64,000 bases of DNA from the IMG/VR virus record IMGVR_UViG_3300047994_000374, positions 124,001 to 188,000 of that record. One strand, written 5' to 3'. Every line of letters starts with the position of its first letter. Within the stretch, counting starts at the first letter, position 1. The notes beneath the pieces are model-generated. The model was not told the origin of the DNA and made no database searches. It saw only the letters and a program-made list of their open reading frames with translations. This document shows, piece by piece, positions 30,826 to 40,033 of the stretch. A program made the position numbers and the translations under genes.

Positions 30826-32240
30826 TTTCTACGATCGATCTTGCCACCGCCCATAAGCTTGCCAAATGAGCTGCTCTGACTTGCAATCTTGTCCTTGATC
30901 TTTTGAGCTGCACTGACATTTGCTTCCGTTCCCGTATCAATCTTCAAATTCAAAGAGCGGTTCTCATCTTTGACTTTTGCCTTTTGATTAAGCTCCTTTG
31001 TCTCTGCCTTTAACTGTTCAATTCGTGCATCAGGTAACAGTAGTCCAGAAAACAACGAATATACTTTGACAACATTCTCTGGCATGTTAGTCTCATAAAT
31101 TCCTTTGAAGATATTTTTTGGAGATCCACAAGCGTCATTCACCATAGCAAGCGCATAATTGATCGAAGCATTTGGAATTTTTGCCCACACATCTTTATTA
31201 GCGACAAAGAGCACTCCAACATAGGCTGATTGTTTAAGATCAAATCCACCGGCTAAAAGATTATTATTCATATTATTGATAACGGCTTCTGCCAATGAAG
31301 TTTCTTCTTCAAAATTATCAACTGATAACTCTCCATAAACAGTTAAACCTGAAGTGCCCAAAAGAAGCTTCGTAAATTCAGCTTCATCCAATCCCTTTGT
31401 AGCAGACGGAGTGCTTGACAAAGTATTGAAAACATCTAGTGGTTCAACAATAGCTTTGTTTGCCACATTGAAGAAACTCATTGGACTGACATCCGCGTAG
31501 ATTGCTTCTAACTTAGCATTATCAACGACAATGAGATTTGAGATTTTATTATTCTGAGCAAGATTGGCTAATTTAGAAAGTGTCGTCAAAGCATTTGATT
31601 TCGTTTGTGAATCCTCAGAATCCATTGGTAAGGCTGCAATAACAATCACAGGCCTTCCAACTTCATTTAAGACCTCAACCATTGTTTCCGCTGACCCTGC
31701 GCCTGAACCACCACCGAGTGAAGTGCAGAAAATATTTACTTGTGAGTCTGCAAGCTTATCATTGACTAATTGAAGAATTTCACCTTTGTAAGAAATTGCA
31801 GCGGAATGTCCAATCTGCAATTCTTTCGCGGCACCTCCGATATGCTGCTCTAATAAAAGCTTATTCGCATCTGGAATATTAATGCCCTTTAAATCAACAA
31901 GCGTAGTATTGCAAACAACCGCCGCATAACCTAAATTATAAAAGGCTTCGGCAAGTCTTGAACCGCATTGACCTGATCCAACAATACCAAACTGCAAACT
32001 TCTTTCTTTCTTTGCTACAATCTTCGCTGCCATCTTACTCTCCTGTGCCTTCGCTGCACTTTTCGCTTTTAATGCCGCCAACTTTTTCTCATCAACTGGA
32101 GCTTCTGGTTGTTTGACTTCCAAATCACTTACATCGTCTTTTACTTCTTCGGTCATATTTTTCTCTTCCATTTCGGTCTTTGAGGTTGCAGTCATAGTGT
32201 TATCAATCCTTATTCTCGGGATACGCGGTGGATTATGCAT
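30822..32240 (-). CDS. Tubulin/FtsZ-superfamily GTPase (PhuZ/TubZ-like); start may be slightly downstream
   Basis: GIVGSGQCGSRLA, GGAAKE..IG, SLGGGSGAG signature, VVDN, LDEAEF T7-like loop. Confidence 0.88.
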   Translation of the reverse strand: MHNPPRIPRIRIDNTMTATSKTEMEEKNMTEEVKDDVSDLEVKQPEAPVDEKKLAALKAKSAAKAQESKMAAKIVAKKERSLQFGIVGSGQCGSRLAEAFYNLGYAAVVCNTTLVDLKGINIPDANKLLLEQHIGGAAKELQIGHSAAISYKGEILQLVNDKLADSQVNIFCTSLGGGSGAGSAETMVEVLNEVGRPVIVIAALPMDSEDSQTKSNALTTLSKLANLAQNNKISNLIVVDNAKLEAIYADVSPMSFFNVANKAIVEPLDVFNTLSSTPSATKGLDEAEFTKLLLGTSGLTVYGELSVDNFEEETSLAEAVINNMNNNLLAGGFDLKQSAYVGVLFVANKDVWAKIPNASINYALAMVNDACGSPKNIFKGIYETNMPENVVKVYSLFSGLLLPDARIEQLKAETKELNQKAKVKDENRSLNLKIDTGTEANVSAAQKIKDKIASQSSSFGKLMGGGKIDRRK

Positions 32241-33039
32241 TTTTTAAAATCAAGTATTCGTTGTTATTTTTCCAAGCTTTTTTGGCGCCGTCGATACAAT
32301 AATCAACAGCCATATCCATCATCTCTACATACTTTTGAGATTGATAAAGATCTTGGATTGCTAAATGCTTATCATAACTTAATAACCATTTGTTTTTTGT
32401 CAATAGTGTATTTCTTAATCTTTCATGGTCTTGGTGATTCATCGTTTCAAAATACAACCCGTTCCCTTTTTGATAATACGGTGGATCAAGATAAACCGGG
32501 CAATCTTTATCTTTTAAGTATTCATCAAAGTCTTCGTTATCTACAATTGTCCTACCTGATAATAATTTATTGATTTTTAAAACTTTATCTTTAAGAAGTT
32601 TTGCATTATAGCGACAATCAACTTTATACTTTCCTGTTTGTTCTTTACCGCCGATGGGTCCAGACTTTAATATTCCAGAGAAAGCTGTTCGATTAAAAAA
32701 GAGCGCTTTATAGGCGCAATGAATTTTATCGTTGTTCTTATCCGTTCGAAGTTCATAAAACAAATCAATCGTAGGTTTGGCAGATAGCTTTTCGATAAGC
32801 ACATTGACATCATCTGAAATAACCACTTGCCAAAAACAACTCATCCAATAATCTTTATCATTAATAAAAAGTTGCAAATTAGGATGTTGTGTAGCCACTT
32901 CAAGAACAACAGATCCGCCTCCTACAAATGGCTCACAAAAACTATCGGCATCTTGAAGCAAAACGTTCATGTGCTTCATGATGGCTGGGAGCATTTTATT
33001 TTTAGCGCCAGGATAACGGAAGCAACTTAGATTTGCCAA
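32233..33039 (-). CDS. Dam/D12-class N6-adenine DNA methyltransferase
   Basis: FRYPGAK, EPFVGGGSV, NRTAFSG, YLDPPYY, LLSYD. Confidence 0.92.
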   Translation of the reverse strand: MANLSCFRYPGAKNKMLPAIMKHMNVLLQDADSFCEPFVGGGSVVLEVATQHPNLQLFINDKDYWMSCFWQVVISDDVNVLIEKLSAKPTIDLFYELRTDKNNDKIHCAYKALFFNRTAFSGILKSGPIGGKEQTGKYKVDCRYNAKLLKDKVLKINKLLSGRTIVDNEDFDEYLKDKDCPVYLDPPYYQKGNGLYFETMNHQDHERLRNTLLTKNKWLLSYDKHLAIQDLYQSQKYVEMMDMAVDYCIDGAKKAWKNNNEYLILKNA

Positions 33040-33590
33040 AGATTACCAATACTTGCTAATGAGTTATAATAAACTGCCTTCTTATTTGAACGCAAGCTTT
33101 CCTTTTTCATTTCTTCAAAAAGATTATGCTCTTGTAAATAAGACGTTTTCACTACAGACTTTACTTCGCCCGTTTTGTTCAATAAGTCTATCTGCACAAA
33201 CATACAGTAATGATCATCTGATGCGTTGTCAAATATTTCTTTATCATACCCAACTTTTTTCTTGTCGTCCTTTTGAAATACCCAAGATACTTCATATTGA
33301 TTTGCCATTCGTATCTCTTGGGATTTGACTGCAAATTTTCTTGAGCCGGACATTTCTTTTAAATCTGATTCCCAAGACTTTTCGGTTGCCTCGTAGATTT
33401 TAAAATCAGGATAATAAACTTTAACACCAATCGATTGCAAATAAGCTCCGGCTACAATTTCACCAAGCTTACCCACATAAATATCTTGAATAATTTTTAA
33501 TGGATCCGATTGTCCTCTTGCTCCATAATTATTGGATTGAAGGGTGGCGAACTTGTATGACTTATCAATATCTTGTTGACGAAGTTTCAT
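33027..33590 (-). CDS. Putative PD-(D/E)xK-like nuclease
   Basis: GKLGE...PDF...SDL...AVKSQ; overlaps the methylase start. Confidence 0.45.
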   Translation of the reverse strand: MKLRQQDIDKSYKFATLQSNNYGARGQSDPLKIIQDIYVGKLGEIVAGAYLQSIGVKVYYPDFKIYEATEKSWESDLKEMSGSRKFAVKSQEIRMANQYEVSWVFQKDDKKKVGYDKEIFDNASDDHYCMFVQIDLLNKTGEVKSVVKTSYLQEHNLFEEMKKESLRSNKKAVYYNSLASIGNLWQI

Positions 33591-34516
33591 TCGGTATTTA
33601 ATTTAAACAATGAGCTATTATTTGAACACCACTGAATAGTTTCACTTAATCCATCTTTAAGTTTATATCCTGATTTCCAGCCGAGCGCTTCGATCTTATC
33701 CATTTCCATAGCTCTTGAAAAATCATTAGGTTTTACTTTGTCGAAAGTAATAAGACCATAGCTCTTATTCATGATCGAACAAATCATATGGGCAACCTCT
33801 AATACCGAGAACTCTTGTCCGGCTCCCACATTGTATATCTCATTTGGCTGACCCTTTTCTAAAATACACATAATTGAGGAAACGGTATCAAAAATATAAG
33901 TCCAATCTCTCGTTACGCTACCATCTCCATGAACAACAACTGGCTGATCATTTAACAAAGCGCGAATAGATTTGGAAATAAACTTATCTGAACGATCCCA
34001 ATTGCCATACGTATTTCCAAGCCGAAGAATATTATAATGCATACCACTTACTTTGGATCGTGCCATAAGAATATCTTCTTCATCTAATTTATAAATATTT
34101 TCTGATCGTGTTCGATTTGTTTCAGCGTGCTCGGAAAGTGGATTAGAAGCTTTTGCATAGACTTGATCAGAAGACAAATAAATAAACTTTGATACTTTAT
34201 ATTTTTCGCAAACATCCATTACATTATTGATCCCGAATACATCTGCTTTATATGTATCGGAGGCATAATTAATTGATGCGCCATAAATAACATAATCTGG
34301 CTTTTCTTTTTCGAAAATGCGATTTAGAATATTGGCATCTCGAATATCAGCTGGATAAAAAGTATGATAACGATTAGTGTAAATTGTATTAAAATCACCA
34401 TTCGTTAAGTTATCAATGGATACAAGAGCATAACTTTCTTTATGACCATAGATAATTTTTCTTACAAAATTACCAAGTATGAACCCTGCCGATCCAATGC
34501 ATAATATTTTTTTCAT
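33587..34516 (-). CDS. Extended-SDR NAD-dependent epimerase/dehydratase (RmlB-like, divergent active site)
   Basis: GSAGFILG, SSDQVY, LRLGNTYG, HGDGSVTRDWTY, EIYNVG. Confidence 0.85.
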   Translation of the reverse strand: MKKILCIGSAGFILGNFVRKIIYGHKESYALVSIDNLTNGDFNTIYTNRYHTFYPADIRDANILNRIFEKEKPDYVIYGASINYASDTYKADVFGINNVMDVCEKYKVSKFIYLSSDQVYAKASNPLSEHAETNRTRSENIYKLDEEDILMARSKVSGMHYNILRLGNTYGNWDRSDKFISKSIRALLNDQPVVVHGDGSVTRDWTYIFDTVSSIMCILEKGQPNEIYNVGAGQEFSVLEVAHMICSIMNKSYGLITFDKVKPNDFSRAMEMDKIEALGWKSGYKLKDGLSETIQWCSNNSSLFKLNTE

Positions 34517-35322
34517 TTAGGTGCTCGATATAGATTTAAATTTGGGTTCTTCATATAATCATTCTCGTCAAGCTTATATTTACCACGCCACTTTTTCATA
34601 AAATATTGAATGTTGTGTGGCATGAATAACTTATTCACTGGGTTCTTTTTAAGGGAAGCCGATTCTTCGTGGTAAATATTTGTTTGACCACAATAGATTA
34701 TTTTTTTACCGATATTATATTTTATTTTTAAAGCCAAATCCACATCGTCGAAACACCAAATAAAATTACAATCAAACCCATTTACCTTTTTAAAATCTTC
34801 TGCTCTCATCAACATCACGGCGCCGGTCACAACTTGGAACTCTCTATTTTGACTGTCAATCTTGGTCGCCTCTTGCCCTATTTTAAAATGAGTTGGAGTT
34901 TGATGATGGTTATGAAAGACTACCCCGCAATGTTGTATCTTATTCGTGTTCGTATAAAGAAGTTTTGCTCCGACAACGCCAACAGTAGAATCATTTTCCA
35001 TAATAGAGATCATATTCTTTATAGAGTGCGTATCATTGATAATTACATCGTTGTTCAGCAATAAAATATAATCGTCATCTTTGGGATTGGCTTTGTCGAA
35101 AAGATAATTCATCCCTTGAGCAAAATTATCTTTATTATGTGGATAAGGAAATACTTTTACTTTATCGCCCCAAGTAGAAATCTCTTCTACTGTTCCATCT
35201 GTTGAGACATTGTCACGAATTAGCCATTCATAATCCAAATCATTTAAAGCTGGTTGAAGAGATGCTCGAAGAAATTTTAATTTGTCAAGTCCGTTCCAGG
35301 AGAGGGTTTGTATTTTGATCAT
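34513..35322 (-). CDS. GT2 glycosyltransferase
   Basis: DNVSTDGT, NFAQGMN, LLNND, VGAKLLY, VTGAVML, DDVDL. Confidence 0.9.
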   Translation of the reverse strand: MIKIQTLSWNGLDKLKFLRASLQPALNDLDYEWLIRDNVSTDGTVEEISTWGDKVKVFPYPHNKDNFAQGMNYLFDKANPKDDDYILLLNNDVIINDTHSIKNMISIMENDSTVGVVGAKLLYTNTNKIQHCGVVFHNHHQTPTHFKIGQEATKIDSQNREFQVVTGAVMLMRAEDFKKVNGFDCNFIWCFDDVDLALKIKYNIGKKIIYCGQTNIYHEESASLKKNPVNKLFMPHNIQYFMKKWRGKYKLDENDYMKNPNLNLYRAPK

Positions 35323-36698
35323 AATGAGCCATTCTTATTGCGGCTGATGAGCGATTTTTTAGTATTGTTACAAATTGGGCACCAAGTTTTATTATTTCTG
35401 ATATTCTTATAATATGATTTCCAAGTGTGTCCCAGATGACATTGCCATTTTAATTTTTTAGATTTATCAAGTTTAAGTGATAGGCATGTTCCATTATTAT
35501 TTTTGGCATCTAATTTAGCATCTTCTATTGTTAGTTTTTTTAAACCAACACATTCTGCGCACCAAGCTCCGCTTTTAAGGTTATTCAACGACATTTTAAA
35601 TAAATGATTTTTATTACATTTTATTTTTAAATAAAAATGTGTGTTAATATAATTTGGACTCAATAAAATCCCGTTTTTTAAAATTATTATTTTTTGCGCC
35701 TCATTATAATAATAATTACTTGAATTAACTGACGATAAATTTATTTCTTGTTCAAAATCATAACCTGATATATCTAATTTATTTTTTAGACATTTATTTT
35801 TAATAAAAGAGGCTAAATTTTTTAATTTTGTTCGTTGCATTAATTGAGGAATTTGTATTAAAATAATATTTCTATCATTGCATAGTTTAACTTTTACTTT
35901 ATCATCGATTTTTCTTTGTTTTAAAGAAAAATCGCCAAAATAATTAGAGTTTGTTTTATTTTTAGTAAAATGTTGTTCGCCCTGATGTTCAAAAGCTAAA
36001 AATTTACCATTAATCATAATTTCACTTAGTCCGTCTAATTCCATACAATTATTTCTGTCATTTAAAAGCCATTTCGGCCTTACTTTTTTAAATGCAGTAT
36101 TAAATATTTTCTCTAAAAATGTCCTACATATTTCTTCTGAACTCCAACATGAGCACTCCGGACACCAAATCTTTTTTCCAGCAATTATTTCAGTTAATTT
36201 TTTCGAAAAAATATGTCCATGGCGGCACTTCCATTTTAACTTAGTATTTGCATTAATATATTTTTTGCTTAATAATTTGCCGCCATTATTTTGAGCTGCC
36301 TTTTTAGCGTCGCCTATGTTTAGTTTAAAATTACCAGCGCATTTTGGACACCATCTACCTGCTCTAATTTGCATAAATGTCGCATTCCATTGATGTTTTT
36401 TACTACACTCCCAGATCATTTTAGTAGCGGTATTAATATAATTAATAGATAAGCAATGACCGCCATTTTGTTTGGCAATTTTTTTCGCGTCATTTATATT
36501 TAATTTTTTATTATTATCACTGCATATTCTGCACCAACTTTTTCTATTTTTTATAGAATCAATCTTTGCATACCATTCGTGATCTTTTGAACATCTCCAT
36601 AATAATTTTTGGCACGAACTATATGTTTCTGATAAACAAATTCCATTATTTTCTAATGCTATTTGCTTTGCTAATTCAATAGATAATTTTTTCCCCAT
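35319..36698 (-). CDS. Zinc-ribbon repeat protein with ELDG..FEHQGEQH endonuclease domain (putative homing endonuclease)
   Basis: Repeated G.CLS..Y......L.W.C...H.W........WC..C units around a Vsr/PD-(D/E)xK-like core. Confidence 0.7.
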   Translation of the reverse strand: MGKKLSIELAKQIALENNGICLSETYSSCQKLLWRCSKDHEWYAKIDSIKNRKSWCRICSDNNKKLNINDAKKIAKQNGGHCLSINYINTATKMIWECSKKHQWNATFMQIRAGRWCPKCAGNFKLNIGDAKKAAQNNGGKLLSKKYINANTKLKWKCRHGHIFSKKLTEIIAGKKIWCPECSCWSSEEICRTFLEKIFNTAFKKVRPKWLLNDRNNCMELDGLSEIMINGKFLAFEHQGEQHFTKNKTNSNYFGDFSLKQRKIDDKVKVKLCNDRNIILIQIPQLMQRTKLKNLASFIKNKCLKNKLDISGYDFEQEINLSSVNSSNYYYNEAQKIIILKNGILLSPNYINTHFYLKIKCNKNHLFKMSLNNLKSGAWCAECVGLKKLTIEDAKLDAKNNNGTCLSLKLDKSKKLKWQCHLGHTWKSYYKNIRNNKTWCPICNNTKKSLISRNKNGSL

Positions 36699-37709
36699 TT
36701 AAAGTCCTACTTGCAATCCTAATAATGCCCCAAAATTACCAGAAGTATCTAAGAATACACTTGGACCAAAATATGTATTATGGAGCAGAGGAACAATTTT
36801 ACCAATATTAAAAGTTATCGGAGTTATGAGTAACTCTGGTTTTCTACTGATGACACCATATCCAATGCCAACAGCCGCAATCGATAAATCAGGAGTTGTT
36901 TTAAATTGCCCATATGAAAACAATGCTAAATCTAAATTTGGAGAAAATTCACCCTGCACCGGGTTTAAAGCTATACCACCAGCGATACCAATAAGGGGGC
37001 GAGGATTGAAACTAAATGATGCCGTTGGAACTTGCTGAACAGTCTTGGCAGTAGTAATAGGGAGCGTATAAGTTTGACCATTAACAACTATTGTAAATTT
37101 ATTGAAAAATGCTACCTGTCCATTCGTATCTGTGGCAACCACATTATCTACATTGTATTGACGAGGATAAACATTCAATGTCCAGGGCGTATTTGACCAT
37201 GCTGAAAATCCTGCATTCCCCCATGGAACTTGCGTAGATGGTGCAAAATCTTCATTGAGAACCAAATTCTGTTGTGTTTTTTGATAACCAAACGGATCTG
37301 CATTTGGACATACCGCAGTTGAACCTGTACAAGGAACCGTAGTGGTTGCTACGGGATTTGGATTGACCGGACCATTGGAAGAACTTACTCCATTCTTTAC
37401 GGCTTGACCTTGGCTATTGACTTGAATAGTATTGGCAGCAGTAATCGTTCCATTCAACTTATCTACTGCATCTTGCACGGTCTTTAAATTAACACCATTT
37501 TGAGTGATGAAATTGTCAAGGTCTGATTTTGTTGCAAATTGACTTGAGCTTTGTGTAATGCCGTTGATCAATTGTTGTTGGGCAATTTGTGAATTAGCAA
37601 TTGTTGTTTGTTGCACTTTCATTTCGTGCTGGAGATAAATAATAACTCCAAGTGCGGCGACAAGAATGAGTGATCCCAAAGCAATTAAAATTTTGTTCAA
37701 AGTCGTCAT
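36699..37709 (-). CDS. Envelope protein: N-terminal TM helix, coiled coil, C-terminal amphipathic beta-strands
   Basis: ILIALGSLILVAALGVIIYL; Gln-rich coil; ends FGALLGLQVGL. Confidence 0.55.
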   Translation of the reverse strand: MTTLNKILIALGSLILVAALGVIIYLQHEMKVQQTTIANSQIAQQQLINGITQSSSQFATKSDLDNFITQNGVNLKTVQDAVDKLNGTITAANTIQVNSQGQAVKNGVSSSNGPVNPNPVATTTVPCTGSTAVCPNADPFGYQKTQQNLVLNEDFAPSTQVPWGNAGFSAWSNTPWTLNVYPRQYNVDNVVATDTNGQVAFFNKFTIVVNGQTYTLPITTAKTVQQVPTASFSFNPRPLIGIAGGIALNPVQGEFSPNLDLALFSYGQFKTTPDLSIAAVGIGYGVISRKPELLITPITFNIGKIVPLLHNTYFGPSVFLDTSGNFGALLGLQVGL

Positions 37710-37735
37710 AGTTCTTCCTTTTAACTTAATGTGCT

Positions 37736-37763
37736 AATGTAATATTTAATCAATAATTGTCAA
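37736..37763 (-). promoter_or_regulatory. Sigma70-type promoter TTGACA-N16-TACATT
   Basis: Intergenic, upstream of 37709 with AAGGAAG SD. Confidence 0.55.
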
Positions 37764-37771
37764 GTGGTGAA

Positions 37772-38071
37772 TTAAGAAAATGCTGATAACCTATTGTATC
37801 GTTCTACTGCTGCCAACAAGGTATCATCTGCATATTTCTTTCCATCTTTAATATATGGTGAATACATTAAATCCCAACGTCTTTGTTTCGGAGCGTATGG
37901 TTCCAAATAAAGTAGGCGAGCCCAATTGATAATCCACTTATAATTTTCGTCATCTCTTTTAATTCCAAACTCTATCCAGGACTCATTATTAACTCTAACA
38001 TAATCATTTCTCATCCATCTTTTATGCCAAGGACTTAATATGATTTTCTTTTTACCTACAATAATTTTCAT
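37772..38071 (-). CDS. Tandem paralogue B1 with shared C-terminal motif
   Basis: KIILSPWHK...; ends VERYNRLSAFS*. Confidence 0.6.
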   Translation of the reverse strand: MKIIVGKKKIILSPWHKRWMRNDYVRVNNESWIEFGIKRDDENYKWIINWARLLYLEPYAPKQRRWDLMYSPYIKDGKKYADDTLLAAVERYNRLSAFS

Positions 38072-38406
38072 ATAAACGTCTGTAATTTAAGGTATCTTTT
38101 AAGAATATATAGGGATTGATCTTGAGCTGCTTTTAATGTTTCAAATTTATTGTTTAATTTATTTAGAAACATTTCATTCAAAAAAGATAAATCATGAAAA
38201 AATTTAATATGATATTTATCGCCCTTTCTAATGCTACATAAATTTCCCATTGTTTTTCCAGCTGCATAAGATGTTCCGCTATCCCAACGACTATCTAATC
38301 CGCTGCAAAAATGTTGCTTATCTTTGGGACGAAAATAAATCTTTTCTTCTTCCCAATAATTAAGTATAAATTCTCGATTATCTAATTTAAATTTTAGTAA
38401 TGACAT
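38068..38406 (-). CDS. Tandem paralogue B2 with shared C-terminal motif
   Basis: EFILNYWEE...; ends LKRYLKLQTFI*. Confidence 0.6.
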   Translation of the reverse strand: MSLLKFKLDNREFILNYWEEEKIYFRPKDKQHFCSGLDSRWDSGTSYAAGKTMGNLCSIRKGDKYHIKFFHDLSFLNEMFLNKLNNKFETLKAAQDQSLYILKRYLKLQTFI

Positions 38407-38691
38407 TTATAAAAATGCCTTTATCGACATATACTTTTCTAAAATACGATCGGCGAGATCACAAGCTTCTTTTATATTATTAAAGATAATGGGTGATGGA
38501 AGTAATTGGTTAGTTGGTTCAAATTCACGATAAAATTTAATACTCCATCTGTCGCTTATACCAAAATGCTGGACAACAATAGCAAATGGCTGTGATTCTA
38601 TTAAAAATGAACGACTATAAATGATGCGGATTTGTTCATCGATACCAGATCCACTCCATTTATGCCAATCTGTTAAATTTATTTTCCCCAT
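38407..38691 (-). CDS. Tandem paralogue B3 with shared C-terminal motif
   Basis: KINLTDWHK...; ends LEKYMSIKAFL*. Confidence 0.6.
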   Translation of the reverse strand: MGKINLTDWHKWSGSGIDEQIRIIYSRSFLIESQPFAIVVQHFGISDRWSIKFYREFEPTNQLLPSPIIFNNIKEACDLADRILEKYMSIKAFL

Positions 38692-39371
38692 TTTTCAACA
38701 AATATCTTTCTTGCCTCTGAATAAAGTTTTGATGTATTTAATTGTTTAGAACTAACTTTACCAAAATGAACTACTGGCACCTCTATTACTTTAGATGGGA
38801 TCCCTAATTGCCTCGCTAAAAATCCCATATGAGTGTCTTCGAAATAACAAAAATATCTTTCTGAAAATGGACCTCTGTCATTTCCTTCAATCAATTTATT
38901 AAATGTTTCTTTTAATCCGCCCAAACACCATCCTGACATATATGAGTTTCCGGGCAATACTTTATTTGCCTCTTGCACAAAATTTAAATCTTTATCGAGC
39001 TGTCCCATTGTTGGACCTACTATACAACCATCTCTAGCCTCTTTAATAATTACATCGATCCAATTTGTATGATTGCTTTTAACTCGCACATCATTATTTA
39101 AAAATAAAACATTAGGTGCTGATGCGACTTGAAACCCAATATTTGAAGCGCGACCGAACCCAATATTCTCATTATTTCTTATATAGGTAATTCTTTTATT
39201 TTTACTTAATTCTGCTTCAGTTTCGTCGGAGGAGGCGTTATCTACTATAATTATTTCCACATCATCTGGCAATTTAGACAAATCAGATAAATAACTTTTC
39301 GTAAAATTAACCTTATTAAAAACTGGGGTAATAATAGATAATCGTTTTCTCATATTGCTTTTAGCTCCCAT
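38679..39371 (-). CDS. GT2 glycosyltransferase
   Basis: SIITPVFN, VDNASSDET, NIGFGRASN, FLNND, YFED. Confidence 0.9.
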   Translation of the reverse strand: MGAKSNMRKRLSIITPVFNKVNFTKSYLSDLSKLPDDVEIIIVDNASSDETEAELSKNKRITYIRNNENIGFGRASNIGFQVASAPNVLFLNNDVRVKSNHTNWIDVIIKEARDGCIVGPTMGQLDKDLNFVQEANKVLPGNSYMSGWCLGGLKETFNKLIEGNDRGPFSERYFCYFEDTHMGFLARQLGIPSKVIEVPVVHFGKVSSKQLNTSKLYSEARKIFVEKWGK

Positions 39372-40033
39372 ACAAATTGATATACCTCACCATAAACTCT
39401 CGACTTTAAAAACTCTGCCACATGATCTGGAACAAGATTATAAGCCCCTGCAAATTCTGAACAATCTACGGCATTCTTTAAATTTCTTCGCATGACCACT
39501 TTATAACCACAGTCTTCTACCATTTCTTGTAAAGAGTTGTTTGTAAAAAATTTAATATGAGTATTGTCCAATAGCCCGACCTCTCTGTATGTAAATTGAT
39601 CATTCATTAGCTCACATATAATTCCATTGTACGATGCGTTAGGAATAGATATCCAAATAGTTCCGTTTGGTTTTAATAATGTCTTTGTTGATTTTAAAAC
39701 CCATTCCGGATCTTTTAAATGCTCCAATACATCGGCAAAAATTACTGTATCATAGAATTGCTTTCTTTGAACTAAGTCGTGAAACAACATTCCTTCAATA
39801 TCTCCATAATCATCCAAATAAGCATTACGAGCCCATAATCCCGCGACCTTACCGGCTTGCAAATTTGGCTCTACAATATCAACCGTACAGTTTAACTGTT
39901 CTTTAAGATATTTGGTCATTCTACCGTATGCTGATCCAACCTCTAATACTGTGCTATTGGGGGCTATATTTTTTAGTATAGTAGAATTAGAATTTTCTGA
40001 ATCCATATCTAAATCGAAATTATATTTACTCAT
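39350..40033 (-). CDS. Class I SAM-dependent methyltransferase (glycan-associated type)
   Basis: VLEVGSAYG, FADVLEHL.DP, ISIPN, GLLDNTHIKFFT, YQFV. Confidence 0.88.
   Translation of the reverse strand: MSKYNFDLDMDSENSNSTILKNIAPNSTVLEVGSAYGRMTKYLKEQLNCTVDIVEPNLQAGKVAGLWARNAYLDDYGDIEGMLFHDLVQRKQFYDTVIFADVLEHLKDPEWVLKSTKTLLKPNGTIWISIPNASYNGIICELMNDQFTYREVGLLDNTHIKFFTNNSLQEMVEDCGYKVVMRRNLKNAVDCSEFAGAYNLVPDHVAEFLKSRVYGEVYQFVWELKAI

Noticed and set aside
13515-38691. Shared gene 3' ends as DNA recombination sites (integron/shufflon-like cassettes)
   Set aside because: The nucleotide sequences differ at synonymous positions, show no inverted repeat, and no recombinase is in the window.
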